From Octopus sinensis (Eukaryota), in assembly GCF_006345805.1 (NCBI RefSeq), contig NC_042998.1, positions 27,094,001 to 27,158,000 on the forward strand: a DNA stretch of 64,000 bases, given 5' to 3'. How positions within the stretch are numbered: position 1 is the stretch's first letter; the number at the start of each line of letters is the position of its first letter. Under the pieces are notes generated by a model that was given only the letters and a program-made list of their open reading frames with translations, made no database searches and had not been told where the DNA came from. A program made the position numbers and the translations under genes. Shown one piece after another: positions 39,157 through 51,329 of this stretch.

Positions 39157-39626
39157 CAGGTCGTCATGGATTTACTGCCACAACTGGTTCCAACTGACTG
39201 GTCGTAAGTCAATTTGGTCCCCTAAGTCGGCCTATAGGTCTACAAAGCTTTGTTTTATATTTTTACATTCTTAAGTTACATTCTCAGGTAAAAGTCACAC
39301 ACAGTATTCTGTATTATACTATTAAACTAGCATTAGTCAAAAATTTCAGTCTCAAGCAGTCATCTTATAAACAAATACAAGGTTGCTTTGATGTCTCCAC
39401 GACAGGATATTCATCCAAAACTTGGGAGAACCACAGTGGTGATCGATAACCAAACCTAGGGGAAGCATTTGTTAGCTGACATCACTCATAGACAGGTTAA
39501 TTTCTAAGAAATTAAACCCATTAGATTTCACCTGGTCTATTTATTATTGCTGCCAGGAGCTGGCACACCAATCGTCATAAAGTCAATTGGTCGTAAGTCA
39601 GATAGGTCTAAGTCAATGACGACCTG
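39157..39626. mobile_element. Non-autonomous TIR DNA element (possible TA TSD)
   Basis: ta|caggtcgtcatggattta ... taagtcaatgacgacctg|ta (18 of 20 inverted match including TA); repeated subterminal gtcgtaagtca motifs. Confidence 0.75.
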
Positions 39627-39684
39627 TAGTCGATCCTGATGGATTCTGAATGCTGTTAAACATGCTACCATTTCTCCTATTTAC

Positions 39685-40058
39685 CTGTGATTTGCTTCCA
39701 GGTTCCCAACCACATGGTTCCACTGCATCGCACCTTTGGCAAGTGTCTTCGACTATGGCCTTGGGCTAACCAAAACCTTGTGAGTGGATTTGGTTGGTGG
39801 AAACTGAAAGAAATCAATCATCTGTGTGTGTGTGTTCATGTGTCTTTGTTTGTCTCTACTGCAGCTTGTCAATTGGTGTTGGTGTGTCTCCGTCCATGTA
39901 ACTTAGTGGTTCAGCAAATGTGACAAATAGAATAAGTGCAAGGCTTAAAAAAAAATTAAGTACTAGGATCAATTCACTCAACTAAGAAAATTCTTTCAAG
40001 ATGGTGCCCCAGCTTGGCCACAACCTAATTACTGAAACAAGTAAAAGATAAAAGAAAA
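39685..40058 (+). mobile_element. SINE-C (diverged)
   Basis: CORE-like cacctttggcaagtgtcttc, TG core, tail actgaaacaagtaaaagataaaag. Confidence 0.8.
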
Positions 40059-40737
40059 ATAATTGATAAAAACTGAAGAAATTAGTCAAGCTATTTTTAG
40101 GAATACATTATGGAAAATAATATCAAATTTTATAAGATCCAGTTTAAAACAGAAAAGAGAGGCGGGTCTGAAACCGCCATGGTTTGAATCCTACCATTTA
40201 GGCATGTTTCTCTTTTCTGCCTCAAATTGGTTCTTATAATGTCTAATATTATTTTGTTGAAAAATCTTAGTAATTCATTCACAATTATGGGTAAATATTT
40301 GAAATAAAATAATAATTATATTCAACAATATGGGCACCAAGCAGTATTTAGGCATAAATGAACTTTTGGTTAGTTAAAATAGGTTTGCGACATTATTTCT
40401 ACTTCAAAAAGCAAAATTCACTGCAGTTACTGAGGGGAAAAAATTCTCCCTTATGTAAAAGGTGTAATCTAATGATTGTATATAGTAGTAGCTCTTGAAC
40501 TGGAAATGATAGGATGATAAAGATATTGTTAAGTAGGTGGAAATTAATTGATGTGTGGGAGAGCCTAATCATTTGTTACAATCAAAACAAAATGAACCAA
40601 GTGGATGGAGTAGACATTTTTCTACTGGTGAAGGGGAGATGGGTGGGAGATAAAGTTTGAGAAACATTGTTAAATATGTGACTATCATACACTTTTCTAT
40701 GCACTGAAAGTTTCTCAGCAAAATCTAGAAAGTTTCT

Positions 40738-41158
40738 TATTTTTTTATTGCCCACAAGGGGCTAAACATAGAGAGGGACAATCAAGGACAGACAAAGGGA
40801 TTAAGTTCATTACATTGACCCCAGTGCATAACTGGTACTTAATTTATCGACCCCGAAAGGATGAAAGGCAAAGTCGACCTCAGCGGAATTTGAACTCAGA
40901 ATGTAGGTAAAGACGAATGAAATACCTATTTCTTTACTACCCACAAGGGCCTAAACACAGAGAGGACAAACAAGGACAGACAAATGAATTAAGTCGATTA
41001 TATCAACCCCAGTGCGTAACTGGTACTTAATTTATCAACCCCATAAGGATGACAGGCAAAGTTGACCTCGGCAGAATTTGAACTCAAAATGTAACGGCAG
41101 ACGAAATACCAATAAGCATTTCGCCTGGCGTGCTAACGTTTCTGCCAGCTCGACGCCT
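40738..41158 (-). mobile_element. SINE-A/A dimer
   Basis: Junction gacgaatgaaata|cctatttc at about 40924; TSD tagaaagtttct / tagaaagcttct around the whole unit. Confidence 0.92.
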
Positions 41159-41553
41159 TAGAAAGCTTCTGCTGACAATATTGGGTTATCCACAATCATT
41201 TCCTTAAATTTCTCTAAGCAGACATATACTGAAAATTATTTCATCTGTCATTTTATTAATTACCTACCCATCAGTGGATATATATGTAAGTCGATTAGCA
41301 AATTCAGTAACATAGTTTAATGTTGGATGTAATACTAAAGCTTAGATACAAAAAAACTGTTTTGTATTTGAAATATTCATTATACAGAGACTCAACAATT
41401 GAGATTCTTGACAAAGAAGCAATGTCATGGTATTAATGCTTCTTCTCAAGAGCACTAGAAACATGAAGGAAGTAAACTGGCAAAAGCCATGAATTAAAAC
41501 TTGGTTTGTTTCCTGGAATCACCAGGAACTTGTTTTTATTCCATTGTACATAC

Positions 41554-41597
41554 GCCAGTTTTTTGTAAATGCTGATAACCATTTTATTGTTCTGCTC
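41554..41597 (-). other. Candidate exon (44 nt)
   Basis: atttttgcag| ... |gtatgt. Confidence 0.3.
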
Positions 41598-42483
41598 CTG
41601 CAAAAATATGTTTCTTTCGATAACAAAATGCATCATAGAAATACAATATCCTGAACGTTACAAAACAAAGGATATATTATAGCCATTCATGATATACAGA
41701 ATTGGCCCTTTATTTGAATTATTCATAGAAAGACAAGATTTATCTTCTTAGACAAAAGTTATTTCTGTCAAATGGCAAAATTTATATTTTTTGTTCATGA
41801 CTGTATGTACATTGTTTAGTTCTTAGCCAGTAGTCACTAAATCTTTTTAAAGTTATTGTCAAACGGATCCTGATATTTAATACCTACATAACTCTTTCAA
41901 ATGTGATTTTGTTTACTGCATTTCTTTTTTTACTTAAATACAATTATTTGTGCACAAAACTATTTTTTATTTTAATCAACAAAAACCTGAATTCATCATT
42001 AAAAAAATGTTTATCTTAATACCAAATTAATATTTGAGAAAATGCAATGAAAATTGTTACTAAGGAGAGGGTTACATGAATTTACAGAGCAATAGATACT
42101 TTTTGAAATATATTTAAAGGTATAAAGAGAAAACAAAAACAAATATCAGAATAATTCAAATAACTGGTCTGGTATTTTGAACAATACAGGTCCTTTCTCA
42201 GCGACCATAAGAAAAACAATAGGCAACATCAATACAGACATGATAACTGTAACCAAAATTATAGGCCCTTATTGTGTATAGCAACAACTATTGAAACCCT
42301 GATAGGAAAGATAAGAACAAATGCCTTTTGGTTTTAAAAACATCAGAATTAAGTTGATTTGGGTGCAAAAGACAGCAACCAAATGATTTTTGCTTTTCAC
42401 CCTTTCAGGGTCAATAAAATAAAGGTGACCTAATATAAAGAGTTGAAAGAAACACTGCAAGGAATTTCTTATGATGCTCCACC

Positions 42484-43174
42484 AATTTGATAATTAATAA
42501 TGGTATTAAATTTTAGCACAAGGCCTGCATTTCTGGGGGAGGAGTAAGTCAATTTACATCAACCCAATTGCTCAACTGGTTCTTATTTTATTGACCCCAT
42601 AAGGATGAAAGATAAATTTAGCCTCAGTGGAATTTGAACTCAGGATGCAAAGATGAAGAAAATGCCACTAAACATTTTGCCTGTCATGCTAACAATTCTG
42701 CTAGCTCACTGCCTTAACTGGATAATTAATAATCCTTCCTACTATAGCACAAGGCCTGAAATTTGGGGGAGGGGAATAGTTGATTACATCGACCCCAGTG
42801 TTCAACTGGTACTTAATTTATTGAAAGTCAACCTCGGCAGAATTTGAACTCAGAATGTAGTGGCAGAAGAAATACCACTAAGCATTTCATCCAGTTCCTA
42901 ATGATTCTGCCAGCTCAGCGCCTTAATTGGATAATTAATAATTCTTTCTATGGGAAGTACAAGGCCTCAAATTTGGCGAAAGAGATTAAGTCGATTACAT
43001 CAACACCAGTGCATAACTGGTACTTATTTAATCAACCTCAAAAGGATGAAAGGCAAAATCGACCTCGGCGGAATTTGAACTCAGAACGTAGCGACAGATG
43101 AAATGCTGCTAAGCATTTCGCTTGGCATGCTAATGAGTCTGCCAGCTCACCGCCTTCATTGGATAATTAAAAAG
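42484..43174 (-). mobile_element. Triple tandem SINE-B array with serial ~18-bp TSDs
   Basis: Units 42502-42715, 42734-42924 and 42943-43156, separated and flanked by aa(t/c)t(t/g)gataattaataat-like sequence (4 copies). Confidence 0.9.
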
Positions 43175-43827
43175 TAATGAAGAATAGAGAGATACAGACT
43201 AAAGCTCTATTTCATTAATCACATTTTTTTTTTTTTAATCAGTCTTCTATGACAACTAAAGTCAGAGTTGGGTTGAACCTGTCCTGCAACACATTAAATT
43301 TAAGCTTAAATATACAATTGATAAGCTCTCTAGAAGAAAGCTCCCATGTAATTAGTTATCATGTCCCTTTAAAAACGACTGAAAAGAAATAAACATTTCA
43401 TTGCATCATAATGCATTTCCCATCAAGAATTTCATCTTGCATAAGTAAGTGGATGGAGCGAAAGAAATAATTATAAAAATAATCTTTATTAATGAAATTC
43501 TGAGGGAAATTTCTTTTTTTTTTTCACTTTTACTTAAGTTATCATCATTAATTTACAGAAAGTAACAAAATGCATTCATCATCATCAATAAACAATGTCA
43601 CTTTCTTATTAGATTGGACAATATTGAAGGACAAATATTGTCAGGTATGATGATTTTAAAGTTATTGGTTTTCCATCACTATGAATGTAATTCGTAGTGT
43701 AAAAAAAATAGCTGAGCATTAAACAAGCCAAACATTGCTTAAAATGATAAATATAGCAGCCAAATATCCTCAAATCACACTCTACTGTCCTAAAAAAAAA
43801 AAGCACATGAAATGTTAACCTACTCTG

Positions 43828-43975
43828 TAAGGTGGTTTGGTGTTAGAAAGGGCATCCAGCCATAAAAACCCTGGCAAAACAGACAGTGAAGTCTGGTATA
43901 GTCTTCTGCCTAGCCAGCCCCTGTCAAACTGTCCAACCCATACCAGCATGGAAAATGGAGATTTAATGATGATGC
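43828..43975 (+). mobile_element. Old D-family 3' end
   Basis: gaaagggcatccagccataaaa...ccaacccataccagcatggaaaatgg...atgatgatg. Confidence 0.7.
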
Positions 43976-44755
43976 ACTAAAAAGACAGGATATCACAGAA
44001 TACCTTACAAGATTTCCTGTTCAAAACCGATCTAAGTTTTATGCAGCAGATCATATCAATTTTTGATTTTCTACTCAACAGATATATTAAACATTTCACT
44101 CAAGTATTTTATAATGCATCAGTATTGACTGATTGACACTTTTGTGTCAATGGGTCAATCACTGGTTCACTGCATTTCTGACAGTGAGACCAACGGGAAT
44201 TATATGTTTAACTCAGGTGGAACAAATACTAAACAAATTATTTCTCTTTATTCTAAACAATTCATTTTACAGTTTTCCCATTGTTTACATATTTTACTAA
44301 TATACATTGCAGAAGATACATAGATACATATACACCTAAGTACACAACAGGTTTCAGCACAATTTCCATCTACCAACATCCACTCACATGACACAAGTCA
44401 ATCCTAGCCTATGGCTGATGACATTTAACTTAGACATTGTACAGAGGGGTTGAACCCCAAACCATACCGTTGCTAAACAAACTACTTAACCATACATCCA
44501 GTTAATTTAAGGGCAATATTATAATCAAATATCCAGATGTTGATCCAAATCTTTCTACGAGAAGCACAAGGCCTCAAATTTTTGGTAATTATGGTTACAG
44601 TATAAAACTTGTTTTAATATCTGTTTCAAGTCATTTGTTTAAAACGCTGATTTAATTATATAAAGAGTAAATTAATATTCTTTCTGGAGTCCTCCATAGA
44701 AACAGCTTTAGACATAAACAGCTCAGTAAACATTTAAGATATTTCAGTATGCTTA

Positions 44756-44990
44756 CATCATCATCATTTAATGTCTGTTTTCAATGTTGGCATGGGTTGG
44801 ATGGTTTGATAGAGAGTGGCAAGGCCAGGGGCTACACAAAGTTTCATAGTCTATTTTGGTTTGGTTTCTACAGCTGGATGCCCCTCCTAACACCAACCAC
44901 TTTATAGAGTATACTGGGTGCTTTTTTACATGACATCAGCAGCAGTGATTTTTATGTGGCACCAACACCAGTGTTTTTTACATAGCACCA
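44756..44990 (-). mobile_element. Old D-family 3' end
   Basis: (CAT)n tail, tttctacagctggatgccc. Confidence 0.75.
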
Positions 44991-45000
44991 GCACCAGTGC

Positions 45001-45410
45001 CATTTCCAAACGTGGCCGATGCCAACGCTGCCTTGACTGGCTTTTGTGCCAGTGACACATAACATGCAGTACTTGAGACCTATTGAGTCAAGTACATCAA
45101 AATCAAAATAAATATTAAATGGAAATCGTAGTTGTGATACCTGTGCCAGTGGCACGTAAAAAGCACCATCCAAACATGGCCGATGCCAGCACTGCCTTGA
45201 CTGGCTCCTGTGCCGGTGGCATGTAAAAAGCACCCACTACACTCACGGAGTGGTTGGCGTTAGGAAGGGCATCCAGCTGTAGAAACACTGCCAGATCAGA
45301 CTGAAGCCTGGTGCAGCCTCCTGGCTTCCCAGACCCCAGTTGAACCGTCCAACCCGTGCTAGCACAGAAAACGGACATTAAATGATGATGATGATGATAA
45401 ACGATGATGA
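45001..45410 (+). mobile_element. D-family retroposon 3' end
   Basis: Internal repeats of gtgccggtggcacgtaaaaagcacc; (GAT)n tail with a partial duplication. Confidence 0.88.
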
Positions 45411-46269
45411 ATTCTGTTATGGTGGGCAGGTCTTCTCACAAAAAGAGATAATAGAACTCAGCAAAAATATAATCAGACCATCAAACACAAATATCCATGG
45501 TTCTACCCTCGTTTCTCATTCATTATATTTTGTACAATTGAATTAGGAAGTTAAAAAGGGTTTATTCTAGTATCAATATGCTTGCATGTATTCATTTGCC
45601 AAAAGCAAAAGAACATTAGTTGTACTATATAGCTTTTGAATATATTAACTACAATAAGCAGAATATGTTTCAAAAATAACTATTTTCAAATAATCTACTC
45701 ATGCAGATTTGTTGAAAAAAATCAATACTTCATGAATAAAGAAAATCTAAGATATTAGTAGAAACCACAAGATATATATTGAGTTAAATAAGTTTAGAAA
45801 TTAACTTGAATATAAAGAATTTTATTTTTTTGAGTTAGTATTATGAAGGGTCTCAGATCTTTTGCCAATATTTTACTGTATTTTAACTTAAAATTATAAA
45901 TTTTTTGAAGTGTTGTGTCTATTTCTGTCTATACTTATTGATATTTCATGTCATGTTTGTGTGATTGTGTACATGTGCCTGCATGGTTAGCTAAATTGCT
46001 GTATGTCTATGGTCGTTTCACTTTCAGTGGCCAACTACACAAAGATCTCGGCAGATACAGAGGGGAGATGAAGTCAATTGCTTTGAGTTAAAAAGAGCTA
46101 AACTATAAAATTGATGTTTCATAAGCTTGCAGTGCTTGGTTCAAATCCTCCAATGGCAGTAATAAATGTTCTCTAAGACGCAATACAGGCTGAGGTTAAC
46201 CTCTGCCATACCCACATATATGCATGTGTTCCTAGATGATACTTTCTAGAACTGAAAAACAACTGTATT

Positions 46270-46652
46270 ACTCTCTTTACTCTTTTAATTGTTTCAGTCA
46301 TTTGACTGTGGCCATGCTGGAGCACCGCTTTTAGTCGAGCACATCAACGCCAGGACTTATTCTTTGTAAGCCTAGTACTTATTCTATCGGTCTCTTTTGC
46401 CAAACCACTAAGTTACGGGGACATAAACACACCAGCATTGGTTGTCAAATGATGTTAGAGGGACAAACACACACATATATATATATATACATATATCTGA
46501 CAGGCTTCTTTCAATTTCCATCTACCAAATCCACTCACAAGGCTTTCGTTGGCTTGAGGCTATAGTAGAAGATACTCGCCAATGGTGCCACACAGTGGCA
46601 CTGAACCCAGAACCATGTAGTTCGTAAACAAGCTACTTACCACACAGCCACT
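46270..46652 (-). mobile_element. SINE-C, near full length
   Basis: Colinear with 1010-1421. Confidence 0.9.
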
Positions 46653-46701
46653 ATAAGAAATAAGCCTACGCATTATTTAATAACAAATTATTATTATTAA
46701 G

Positions 46702-46926
46702 AAGGTAGTGAGTTAGTAGAATCAGTAGCATATTTGGAGGAATTTCATCAGTTTTAACTTCTGAGTTCAAATTCTGCTAAGGTCAACTCCACGTTTCATC
46801 CTTTTGGGGTTGGTAAAATAAACACAAGTTAATCACTGGGGTCAATGTAATCAACTTACCTCCTCCCCTGAAATTGCTGGCCATGTGCCAGAATTCGAAA
46901 CTATTATTATTATTATTATTATTATT
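46702..46926 (+). mobile_element. SINE-B flanked by (ATT)n
   Basis: attattatt|aagaaggtagtgag ... gaattcgaaac|(tat)8. Confidence 0.8.
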
Positions 46927-46930
46927 TGTC

Positions 46931-47284
46931 ATGGCACCCCTTCAGTTACGACAATGAGGGTTCCAGTTGATCTGATCAACGGAACACCCTGCTCCTGAAA
47001 TTAATGTGCAAGTGGCTGGGCACTCCACAGACATGTGTACCCTTAACAGGGAGATTCAGTGTGACAAGGCTGGCCCTTTTGAAATACAGGTACAACAGAA
47101 ACAGGAAGAAAGAGTAAGAGAAAGTTGTGGTGAAAGAGTACAGTAGGGTTTGCCACCACCCCCTGCCAGAGCTTCATGGAGCTTTAGATGTTTTTTTGTT
47201 CAATAAACACTCACAATGCCCAGTCTGGGAATCAAAACCTGCCATCCTATGACTGCCCTAACCACTGGGCCATTACACATCCAC
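46931..47284 (-). mobile_element. SINE-G variant with a different middle module
   Basis: tRNA-like head at about 47200-47284; the 3' part matches 32810-33240 in reverse. Confidence 0.7.
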
Positions 47285-47300
47285 ATTATAACTATTAGGA

Positions 47301-47517
47301 AGGTGGCAAGCTGGCAGAATCATTAGCATACCAAACAAAATACTTTATGGCATTTCTACCAGCTTTACATTCTGAGTTAAAATACTGCCAAGGTCAACTT
47401 CACCTGTCATCCTTTCATGGTTGATAAAATAAGTACCAGTTGAGCATTAGAGTCAATGTAATCACCAAGCCACCTTCCATAAAAGATTGCTGGCTTTGTG
47501 CAAAAATTTGAAACCAA
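47301..47517 (+). mobile_element. SINE-B
   Basis: ggtggcaagctggcagaatcattagc...gattgctggctttgtgcaaaaatttgaaacc. Confidence 0.8.
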
Positions 47518-48355
47518 TGTATTTATTATGACAAGTTTTTTTGTATTAACATCAACATGACAAGTTCATAATAGAGTGTTTTTCCTATACATTTTAAATC
47601 ACAGAGTAACTGCTTCAAAAGCACAAAATATCACAGCACATCTAAGTTGTCCCCACTAATCACTACAAACCCGCAGCATTCACAACTCTTTATTTTGTCA
47701 CATGGCATGACTCATGTCTCATGCACCGCATATAATCTGCTTTACATTGGAAAGGGAGAAAGATTCAGTTACCAAAAGAAAGAAGTAGTTTCCTTAAACT
47801 TCTCACATCTCTATTGAACATTATTCTTTCACGGAGTAACAGATTTCATCTCTTTCTAATAGAGCATCCAAGCTGTCAAAATCTCAACCTGAAAATATCA
47901 GAGAACTGAAGGAATTCCATTCTTTTGAATCTAATTTCCAATATTAATTATTGCAATCTAAATACACAACAATGGTGTTTAGTGCTATAACTTGTGAGAA
48001 ATATGCCAATAAATGAGTAATAAGCTTTAAAGAAAATGTTGATCCCTAAAACGATTAATGCTTTAGTTCCCGTCTTTCTTAACTTACTTATTCCAACCAT
48101 TATCTCATTATCTAAGAATCTCGTTCCATCTTAAATAAGTATAAGCTAGCTTTAGTCATGGGGAAAGATGCATGAAAAATTATGCTCACAAAATATAGGA
48201 TACACTTTCAATAGTCTTTGGAAAATTTCATACTTTAAAAAGAAACAAACACATACACCTACCCACCCCACATACACACACAAACACAGACCTAGAATTT
48301 CATTTCCTCAAGCTAAAATAACATGTTAAGAACAGTACTCTGACACCACTATTAA

Positions 48356-48520
48356 CACAAAGCGCAACGGGCCATGTTCGTGGCCGTCACAGGTCAACAG
48401 GCCACAATCGTGGCCCAGATAGATGCATTTAATTTATGGGTGTTTGTTGGGGTCTAATGTCACTCAAATGCTCCGATACCCACCAGAATGCAAGAGGACT
48501 AATAGTTCAACTAGTGACTT
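48356..48520. mobile_element. Possible DNA-transposon terminus after TTAA
   Basis: ttaa|cacaaagcgcaacgg, then two palindromic ggcca-N6-tggcc motifs 30 bp apart; no partner end found, right boundary approximate. Confidence 0.35.
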
Positions 48521-49674
48521 TTCAGATTATGTAAAACTTGCCACCATTATATACTAAGATATTTAAACTACGTTTTTGTTTTTTATGTGTGCATGGTAGT
48601 CTCATTTTCATAAAATGTGCTCAGAAGTCTATGCTATGTAAGTGCAATTCCCAGTGCTTTATGAGTTAGATAGACTAACAGAGAAAAAAGCAGTACAATA
48701 TAAATACATCATCAACATCAATCGATCAATAAGACATTCAATTTTCCAAAATTCCATAAATATTCTGTTTTGTAATTTTAAGTTATCAATGAAGTTAATT
48801 TAATCTTCCATAATCTTGTTCTCAGAAGCATGGTTATTTTTTTTGTAATTTTTTTTTTTATTAACATTCAGCAGCCATTTATGTATTTATTTCCACAAGT
48901 TCTATGTTTCTTTCAATATTTGACAAAGAATTACTTGTTCAATTTGCTGTTGTATTTGTTTATATTTCCTTCACGCTATTTATCTAACTTCACAAATTAT
49001 ATGACATACCAATAAACATGTGTGGTGAATATAACTACTTTGCACTGAATTCTTTCTAAAATTAATATATCTGTTGGCAACTACAACTTAATTTTTACTT
49101 GTAAATTGTTAAAGCTCTGGTTAAAAAAATAACAATACTATGAAGCTGTTTTCAAAACTAAATAAAAAAAAAAATCAAATAGCCTATTAGATATAAAGAC
49201 AAATTGTGTTTATATCAGACTAATATTCCAGTTTAATTCTTATTTCATAATTACTTATTTGAATATGTTCTGGAAATGATAAAACTTATGTTTGTACATT
49301 TTTTGATAACATTGATTTTAATGAAATGAATTTAGTGATATATAATTAAAAAAAAAAATAAAATGAAAAAATTTAATTGAAATAGTTTTGTTTTATGACA
49401 ATAAACGTCAGTAATAGAACATTAAACTACATAATTAACAATACTCTGCTTTGTTTCTCGCAGTTCCAAATTTGTAACCCAAGAATTTAGTTAGAGTTTG
49501 TTTATTCAAAGTGTATGATAATGCACCAGGAAATCAAAAATTGGCCAAATTTAAGAACGATGTTAGCTTTGCTCCAGACAGGTCATTGAGAAAGTGAGTT
49601 TATGAGTTGCTTTTGACTTTCTGTTGAGATATTAGCCAAGAATATAGAAGAAGCCAACATTTCATCTGTTAGAT

Positions 49675-50077
49675 ACTCTCTCTTTTACTCTTTTACTTGT
49701 TTCAGTCATGTTACTGTGGCCACGCTGGAGCACCGCCTTTAGTTGAGCAAATTGACCCTAGGACTTATTCCTTGTAAGCCTAGTACTTATTCTATCGGTC
49801 TCTTTTGCTGAACCACTAAGTTACGGGGATGTAAACACGCCATCATCGGTTGTGAAACAATGTTGGGGGGGGGACAAACACAAATACATACACACACACA
49901 CGCATATATATACATATATACGACAGGCTTCTTTCAGTTTCCGTCTACCAAATCCACTCACAAGGCTTTGGTTAGCCCGAGGCTATAATAGAAGACATTT
50001 GCTCAAGGTGCCATGCAGTGGGACTGAACCCGGAACCATGTGATTAGTAAGCAAGCTACTTATCACACAGCCACTCA
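49675..50077 (-). mobile_element. SINE-C, full length
   Basis: Colinear with 1010-1421. Confidence 0.92.
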
Positions 50078-50079
50078 TA

Positions 50080-50262
50080 CGAAGGAATGTTGAGAAGTTC
50101 TTGGCTTTGGGTAAAAGAAAATGCAGGAGAATCAGGTAATTAGGATTTTATGCAAAATATTCCCCTTCTCACATTCACATTCGCAGTGGTCCTTCAGTTT
50201 TTCTAAGCCCTGTAAAAGAACTTGGAAGATTGGGCCTCCAGCCAGCCTTTTCGTGATACCCT
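50080..50262 (-). mobile_element. Mariner transposon 3' end fragment
   Basis: TA|cgaaggaatgttgagaagttc is a mariner-like TIR; with frameshifts the minus strand gives WLEAQSSKFF..QGLEKLKDHC..C...RREYFA*, matching the mariner terminal FF..G...L..R..KC...GEY motif. Confidence 0.75.
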
Positions 50263-50990
50263 AATTTAATGATATGACAATAATGAAATTATTACATTTT
50301 TGAATAATAAATAGATAATATACCTATGACTAACATATTTGACAGTGAAGATGGTTCAGACATGGCTGTGTGGAATGAAGTTCACTTCATCATCAAATGA
50401 TCACGAGTTCAGTCTCAGTATGTGGTATCCGGGGCAAGTGCTGTCCACTGTGGCCTCAGGCCAACCCATGCCTTGTGAGTGAAGTTAGTAGAAAGAAATT
50501 GTACAGGATTTCATCTGGAGAAGGAGAGAGAGACAGAGAGAGAATGTGTGTGTGTGTGTGTGTGTACAAACAGATAGGTGGGTAGATGCCCACACACATA
50601 TATATATATGTGCACTAGTTACGGTTATGTTCTTTATACTGGCACCATTTAAAAACAAAGGAAATGTCTGTTTATGTTCTGCAACTTAGGGGTTTGATAA
50701 ATAGAGATTGCTAAAATAAGTACCATACATAAAGTTAGTACTGACATTGATGTTATCAACTGAAACCCTTCAAGGCCAGTCTATAGTCAAGTGATTGAAA
50801 CAAGTGAAAGACTATCCAAATGGGGTGGCCAATCTGATTATTTTTTACTTATTTCTCTTCAGAAACTCTCCATAATGTCCTCTAACCTTTTTTTAATTTT
50901 TGCTTTTTTTTTCAGTTAATCTATAGTGTACTTTATTGGAATATGATACATATAGGTATATGATACATATATAATACAAAACCACATTAA

Positions 50991-51212
50991 CCCTTTTGAT
51001 ACCAACCCGTCTGAAACCACCTCTTGCTCTGTAATACAAATGTCCTGTTTTCAAAAGTTCTGAATGAAAATCTTCCACCAAACCTTAGTCAAAATTTACA
51101 TTCCTAACACTAGCTTAGTGATAACTAAGCTATTTTACTAAATTCTTAATTATATTTAAAATCAATTGAAAGAAACACAGAGCATCTCAACAGAAATATG
51201 GTAGCAAAAGGG
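50991..51212. mobile_element. piggyBac-type MITE
   Basis: TTAA TSD on both sides; TIR cccttttgatacca / tggtagcaaaaggg (13 of 14). Confidence 0.9.
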
Positions 51213-51329
51213 TTAAAAATATAAATCTAAAACCAGGAGAAAAAAGTGGAAAAAAAGAGGAACAAGGAAAGAAAAAACAAAAAAGGAGAAAAGGAAAAAA
51301 AATTTAACACCAAGTGCCTCAACTGGTCA

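Noticed and set aside
40158-40200. ggcgg-gtctgaaa-ccgcc hairpin followed by a B-box-like ggtttgaatcc
   Set aside because: No D arm or acceptor stem; it partly resembles the piggyBac MITE interior.
42484-43174. Regularly spaced ~18-bp direct repeats, CRISPR-like at first sight
   Set aside because: The ~200-bp spacers are homologous SINEs, the repeats are TSDs, and the context is eukaryotic with no cas genes.
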